9,289 nt of DNA, from the IMG/VR virus record IMGVR_UViG_2537561823_000013; one strand, written 5' to 3'. The translations under genes and the position numbers were made by a program. The DNA comes from a virus. Its lineage: Duplodnaviria > Heunggongvirae > Uroviricota > Caudoviricetes. Each line of letters begins with the position of its first letter. The first letter of the stretch is position 1. This document shows positions 6,398-9,289 of the stretch, one piece after another. Under the pieces are notes generated by a model, which worked only from the letters and a program-made list of their open reading frames with translations, had not been told where the DNA came from and ran no database searches.

Positions 6398-7444
6398 ATG
6401 AGTATGGTTGATTTATATTCGCCTACACAGCTTGTGCAGGTGGCTAATGCTGAAGATGTGCAAAAAAAACTAAATGCGTTGTTTACCAGTTTGTTTTTCA
6501 CTCGCTCGGTAATGTTTGAATCGAGAGACATTATTCTTGATACGATCGACGATCCAAATATCCCGATCGCGGCGTTTTGCTCTCCTATGGTGGGCAGTAA
6601 AGTTTCACGAGATGAGGGATACGAATCAAAAACAATTCGCCCAGGCTATATGAAACCGAAAAGCAGTATTGATCCAAATAAGTTAGCTGTGCGCCCTGCT
6701 GGTGTATCACCTGAACAATACAATGCTTTTGGAGCGCGTAATATTAAAGTTAAACAGGCGATTGTAAATCAGGCTAAAGCTATACGTGCACGTATTGAAT
6801 GGATTGCTGTTCAGGCAATCACAACGGGGAAAAATATCATTGAGGGCGATGGGATTGAACGTTATGAACTGGACTGGAATATAAAACCACAAAATATTAT
6901 CACGCAGTCTGGCGGTGCTGAGTGGTCAGGTAAGGATAAAGAAACTTTTGATCCAAATGATGATATTGAGAGCTACGCAGAATTTAGTGAGGGCGTCACT
7001 AATATCATCATTATGGGCGGTAATGTATGGAAGAAATACCGTTCATTCAGAGCGATAAAAGAGGCTCTGGATACCCGTCGTGGTTCTAATTCCGAACTGG
7101 AAACGGCCCTTAAAGACCTTGGTGATTCGGTGAGTTTTAAAGGGTATATGGGCGATGTTGCGATTGTTGTTTACAGCGGACGTTATACCGACGAGGACGG
7201 AACTGAAAAACATTTCCTTGATCCTGATTTGATGGTGCTTGGCAATACGGCTCTTCAGGGGATTGTCGCCTATGGCGGTATTCAGGATCCGGAGCTAATC
7301 CGAATGGGGCTGACTAAAGCCGAACTTGCACCGAAAAACTATATTGTGCCTGGTGATCCGGCTATTGAGTACGTACAAACGCACTCTGCACCACAGCCAA
7401 TACCGGCCCGCATCAATCGTTTTGTTACCGTTCGCATTGGCTAA
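6398..7444 (+). CDS. major capsid protein, phage lambda gpE family (HK97 fold)
   Basis: Long collinear similarity to lambda gpE as recalled, for example NIITQSGGAEWSGKDKETFDPNDDIESYA...FRAIKEALDTRRGSNSELETALKDLG...GYMGDVAIVVYSG...MVLGNTALQGIVAYGGIQD versus lambda NITQSGGTEWSKRDKSTYDPTDDIEAYA...FKAVKEKLDTRRGSNSELETAVKDLG...GMYGDVAIVVYSG...MVLGNTQARGLRTYGCIQD. Start is MSMVD (6398), mirroring the lambda E MSM N-terminus; the SD aagagg (6392-6397) would favour ATG 6404. The ORF-track start 6317 was rejected. Confidence 0.9.
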   Translation: MSMVDLYSPTQLVQVANAEDVQKKLNALFTSLFFTRSVMFESRDIILDTIDDPNIPIAAFCSPMVGSKVSRDEGYESKTIRPGYMKPKSSIDPNKLAVRPAGVSPEQYNAFGARNIKVKQAIVNQAKAIRARIEWIAVQAITTGKNIIEGDGIERYELDWNIKPQNIITQSGGAEWSGKDKETFDPNDDIESYAEFSEGVTNIIIMGGNVWKKYRSFRAIKEALDTRRGSNSELETALKDLGDSVSFKGYMGDVAIVVYSGRYTDEDGTEKHFLDPDLMVLGNTALQGIVAYGGIQDPELIRMGLTKAELAPKNYIVPGDPAIEYVQTHSAPQPIPARINRFVTVRIG

Positions 7445-7453
7445 GGGGGAGCA

Positions 7454-7795
7454 ATGGCTACTCATTACACTGAACTCATGTCTGGTACTGAAGCACTGGT
7501 TACTACGCTGGGGATATTTTCAGCCAATAAAGGGGTAATACCTGCGTTTACGCCACTGATGCAGGAAGATGCAACTGGTGCGCTAGTGGTATGGGATGGA
7601 ACGAGCGCAGGCAAAGCGGTTTATGTTTCCGCTGTACAAATCGACACAGCGAAAAAAACACAGGCACAGGTTTATAAGACAGGTGTTTTAAATGTTGATG
7701 CTCTGAACTGGCCTGAGTCTGTAAGAGAACTGTCGGCAAAGGTTGCCGCGTTTGTTGGCTCAGGTATTTCTGTTCAGCCGCTGGCTCGTGTGTAA
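7454..7795 (+). CDS. head decoration protein, phage lambda gpD family
   Basis: 113 aa. TPLMQEDATGALVVWDGTSAGKAVYVSAV...YKTGVLNVDALNWPES...AAFVGSGISV matches recalled lambda gpD [29 protein letters not shown]...YKSGTFRYEDVLWPEA...TAFAGTAISIV. SD aaggggga lies 5 nt upstream. Confidence 0.85.
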   Translation: MATHYTELMSGTEALVTTLGIFSANKGVIPAFTPLMQEDATGALVVWDGTSAGKAVYVSAVQIDTAKKTQAQVYKTGVLNVDALNWPESVRELSAKVAAFVGSGISVQPLARV

Positions 7796-7806
7796 AGGGG
7801 GATACA

Positions 7807-8190
7807 ATGCAGAATCATTACAATGACCTTAAGCCAATTGCCGAAATGATGTATCCGGATCCAGCAGTAGAGGAATTAAAGGCTATTGCTGACAAAATGC
7901 GTTTAAGTGAACGCCTTGTTGATATGAATCAGGTGATGGAACTTACTACCCTTAGCCGTCGCACATTGCTAAACCTTGAGGCTCGTGGAGAGTTCCCCGA
8001 ACGCGTACAGGTTACGGAAGGGCGTAAGGCCTGGTATTTAAGTGAAGTGATCGACTGGATAAACAATATTCCTCGAGCTTCTGAATATTGCCGCGTACCT
8101 GTCCCCAAAAAGCCAGATGCGGCGCTATGCCTCAAGATTGAGCGTGTACGTCGCAATGCACGGGATGGTCGCTATAAGTTGATTGGTTGA
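7807..8190 (+). CDS. AlpA/Xis-like HTH domain protein with N-terminal extension (second AlpA-like gene in the element)
   Basis: 127 aa. MELTTLSRRTLLNLEARGEFPERVQVTEGRKAWYLSEVIDWI fits the AlpA-family HTH pattern, preceded by about 40 aa of unrelated sequence. SD agggggat lies 5 nt upstream. It sits between the decoration gene and cos. Confidence 0.7.
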   Translation: MQNHYNDLKPIAEMMYPDPAVEELKAIADKMRLSERLVDMNQVMELTTLSRRTLLNLEARGEFPERVQVTEGRKAWYLSEVIDWINNIPRASEYCRVPVPKKPDAALCLKIERVRRNARDGRYKLIG

Positions 8191-8218
8191 TGAAATTAGG
8201 GCCCGTTCTGGCTGGCGG

Positions 8219-8280
8219 GGCCTTTCCGGCGATCCGGCAGGCTACGGGGCGGCGACCTTGCGGTTTTTCGCTATTTATGA
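8219..8280 (+). other. lambda-type cos site: cosQ-like flank, cosN with 12-nt cohesive-end sequence, and conserved first 22 nt of the lambda left end
   Basis: 8247-8258 GGGCGGCGACCT is the lambda cohesive-end sequence. 8247-8280 GGGCGGCGACCTTGCGGTTTTTCGCTATTTATGA differs at 2 of 34 positions from the lambda left end as I recall it (GGGCGGCGACCTCGCGGGTTTTCGCTATTTATGA). 8219-8246 GGCCTTTCCGGCGATCCGGCAGGCTACG differs at 4 of 28 positions from the recalled lambda right end (GTCCTTTCCGGTGATCCGACAGGTTACG). Confidence 0.8.
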
Positions 8281-8391
8281 GCTTTTTCAGGGTGGTGGTG
8301 GTGGTTTTGTTGTTTGTTCTATCTCCATGAATGAAAAGGGAAAGATAACACCAACACACCAACCTGAAACCTTAACTAAGTGGGGATATTG
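8281..8391 (+). repeat. divergent cosB-like region with short repeats between cosN and terS; candidate TerS binding sites
   Basis: (GGT)5 at 8291-8305 followed by GTT/TTG-rich tttgttgtttgtt. Tandem CACCAACA / CACCAACC at 8349-8364 is roughly the inverted counterpart. The sequence no longer matches the recalled lambda cosB (AAATTTTCCGGTTTAAGGCGTTTCCGTTCTTCTTCG...). Confidence 0.4.
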
Positions 8392-8934
8392 ATGAAATCG
8401 CACCTGATGAACAAAAAAACTATGGCGCAAAGCTGCCGCGTAAGTGCGACAGCGTTCGACAAGTGGGGAGTGACTCCCGTTGAGCGTAAAGGCCGTGAGG
8501 CGTTTTATGATGTTGCTAGCGTGATAGACAATAGGGTTAACAATGCAATTAACCAACTTACAAACGACAAAGGCGAGATTGATGATGATGAACTTTTACG
8601 CGTAAGAATCAGATTAATGACGGCCCAGGCGGAAGCGCAGGAACTTAAAAACGAGCGCGAACGCGGCGAGGTGATTGATACAAAGTTTTGCATCTACGCG
8701 ATTTCAAAGCTGGCACAACAAATTTCTTCAATCATGGACAGCCTCCCGCTCACAATGCAAAGGCGCTTTCCCGATATAAGGCCGTATATGCTGGATGAAC
8801 TAAAAAGGGAAATAGTCAAAGCATGTAACGCATGTGCAAGACTTGACGAAAACCTGCCACAGATACTGGCTGATTACCTGATGGAAACTACCGGAAACGT
8901 GCCTGAGAAGTTGCTACAGAACAAAGGCGAGTAA
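8392..8934 (+). CDS. terminase small subunit, phage lambda Nu1 family
   Basis: RLMTAQAEAQELKNERERGEVIDTKFCIYAISKLAQQISSIMDSLPLTMQRRFPDI...LKREIVKACNACARLDENLPQILADYL matches recalled lambda Nu1 RLTRAQADAQELKNARDSAEVVETAFCTFVLSRIAGEIASILDGLPLSVQRRFPEL...LKRDIIKAMNKAAALDELIPGLLSEYI. The N-terminus aligns with the Nu1 winged-HTH. The ORF-track start is a GTG at 8380; ATG 8392 has a GGGGA SD 5 nt upstream; ATG 8407 is an alternative. Confidence 0.85.
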   Translation: MKSHLMNKKTMAQSCRVSATAFDKWGVTPVERKGREAFYDVASVIDNRVNNAINQLTNDKGEIDDDELLRVRIRLMTAQAEAQELKNERERGEVIDTKFCIYAISKLAQQISSIMDSLPLTMQRRFPDIRPYMLDELKREIVKACNACARLDENLPQILADYLMETTGNVPEKLLQNKGE

Positions 8935-9007
8935 CCGCCGCCCCGTAACGGGCCATAATTCCAGGAAGGACCCGACGACACCAGGCTATCAGAACGATGA
9001 GGGCACA

Positions 9008-9289
9008 ATGACTGAAGCCGAACTACTGGGATTAATCCGCCGCGTCGTCGGAATCAGCCAGCAGCATGACGAACAGGCCACACAGCCGGACAGCGTGACC
9101 GCTGAAAATTATGTGCGTGTTGTTGCTGAGGTGATGCGCCGTGATGGTATTGAGCTTAACGGCGTGGATATGCGCAACATACGAACAAGAGTCCTTGAGT
9201 TGCTGGCATACCGTCGCCGTTCTCAACAACGGAGGGAGAGCGCGAAAAATACTTACCAGTGGAAGAAGCCGGAACGGTTGCGGCGGTAG
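9008..9289 (+). CDS. hypothetical protein, 3' end runs off the window; not recognisably a lambda gpA-type large terminase N-terminus
   Basis: 93+ aa open frame with SD gaggg 4 nt upstream. MTEAELLGLIRRVVGISQQHDEQ... shows no resemblance by eye to the lambda gpA N-terminus. It is separated from terS by a 73-nt gap rather than overlapping it. Confidence 0.5.
   Translation: MTEAELLGLIRRVVGISQQHDEQATQPDSVTAENYVRVVAEVMRRDGIELNGVDMRNIRTRVLELLAYRRRSQQRRESAKNTYQWKKPERLRR

Noticed and set aside
8183-8392. 69-aa + ORF across the cos region
   Set aside because: It is translated from cosQ/cosN and the (GGT)5 repeat (giving QGGGGGF). The region is a cis-acting packaging site, not a gene.
1-9289. tRNA or tmRNA attachment site, CRISPR array, or a defence-system cassette
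   Set aside because: No cloverleaf-like or repeat-spacer structure was seen. The integrase starts at position 1, so any att or tRNA would be upstream of the window. No ORF has nuclease, NTPase or toxin hallmarks apart from the replication helicase.

Overview
The window reads as one contiguous, same-strand (+) integrative satellite-like element of the PICI / P4-like kind, with an unexpected lambda-type head and packaging module. In order: a complete P4-family tyrosine integrase (1-1242), an intrinsic terminator, a palindromic operator-like site, an AlpA-family regulator, a divergently transcribed RHH-type repressor candidate facing a near-consensus sigma70 promoter with an inverted-repeat operator, a translationally coupled operon of small ORFs ending in a RepA-type P-loop helicase, an iteron array with an AT-rich spacer (candidate origin), and an SSB. 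After a hairpin boundary come a lambda gpE-like major capsid protein, a lambda gpD-like decoration protein, a second AlpA-like HTH protein, a lambda-type cosQ/cosN with a divergent cosB region, and a lambda Nu1-like small terminase. No portal, protease/scaffold, large terminase, tail gene, primase, tRNA or CRISPR array is visible in the window. All homology calls come from reading the translations and recalling reference sequences; no database search was run, so novelty is unverified.
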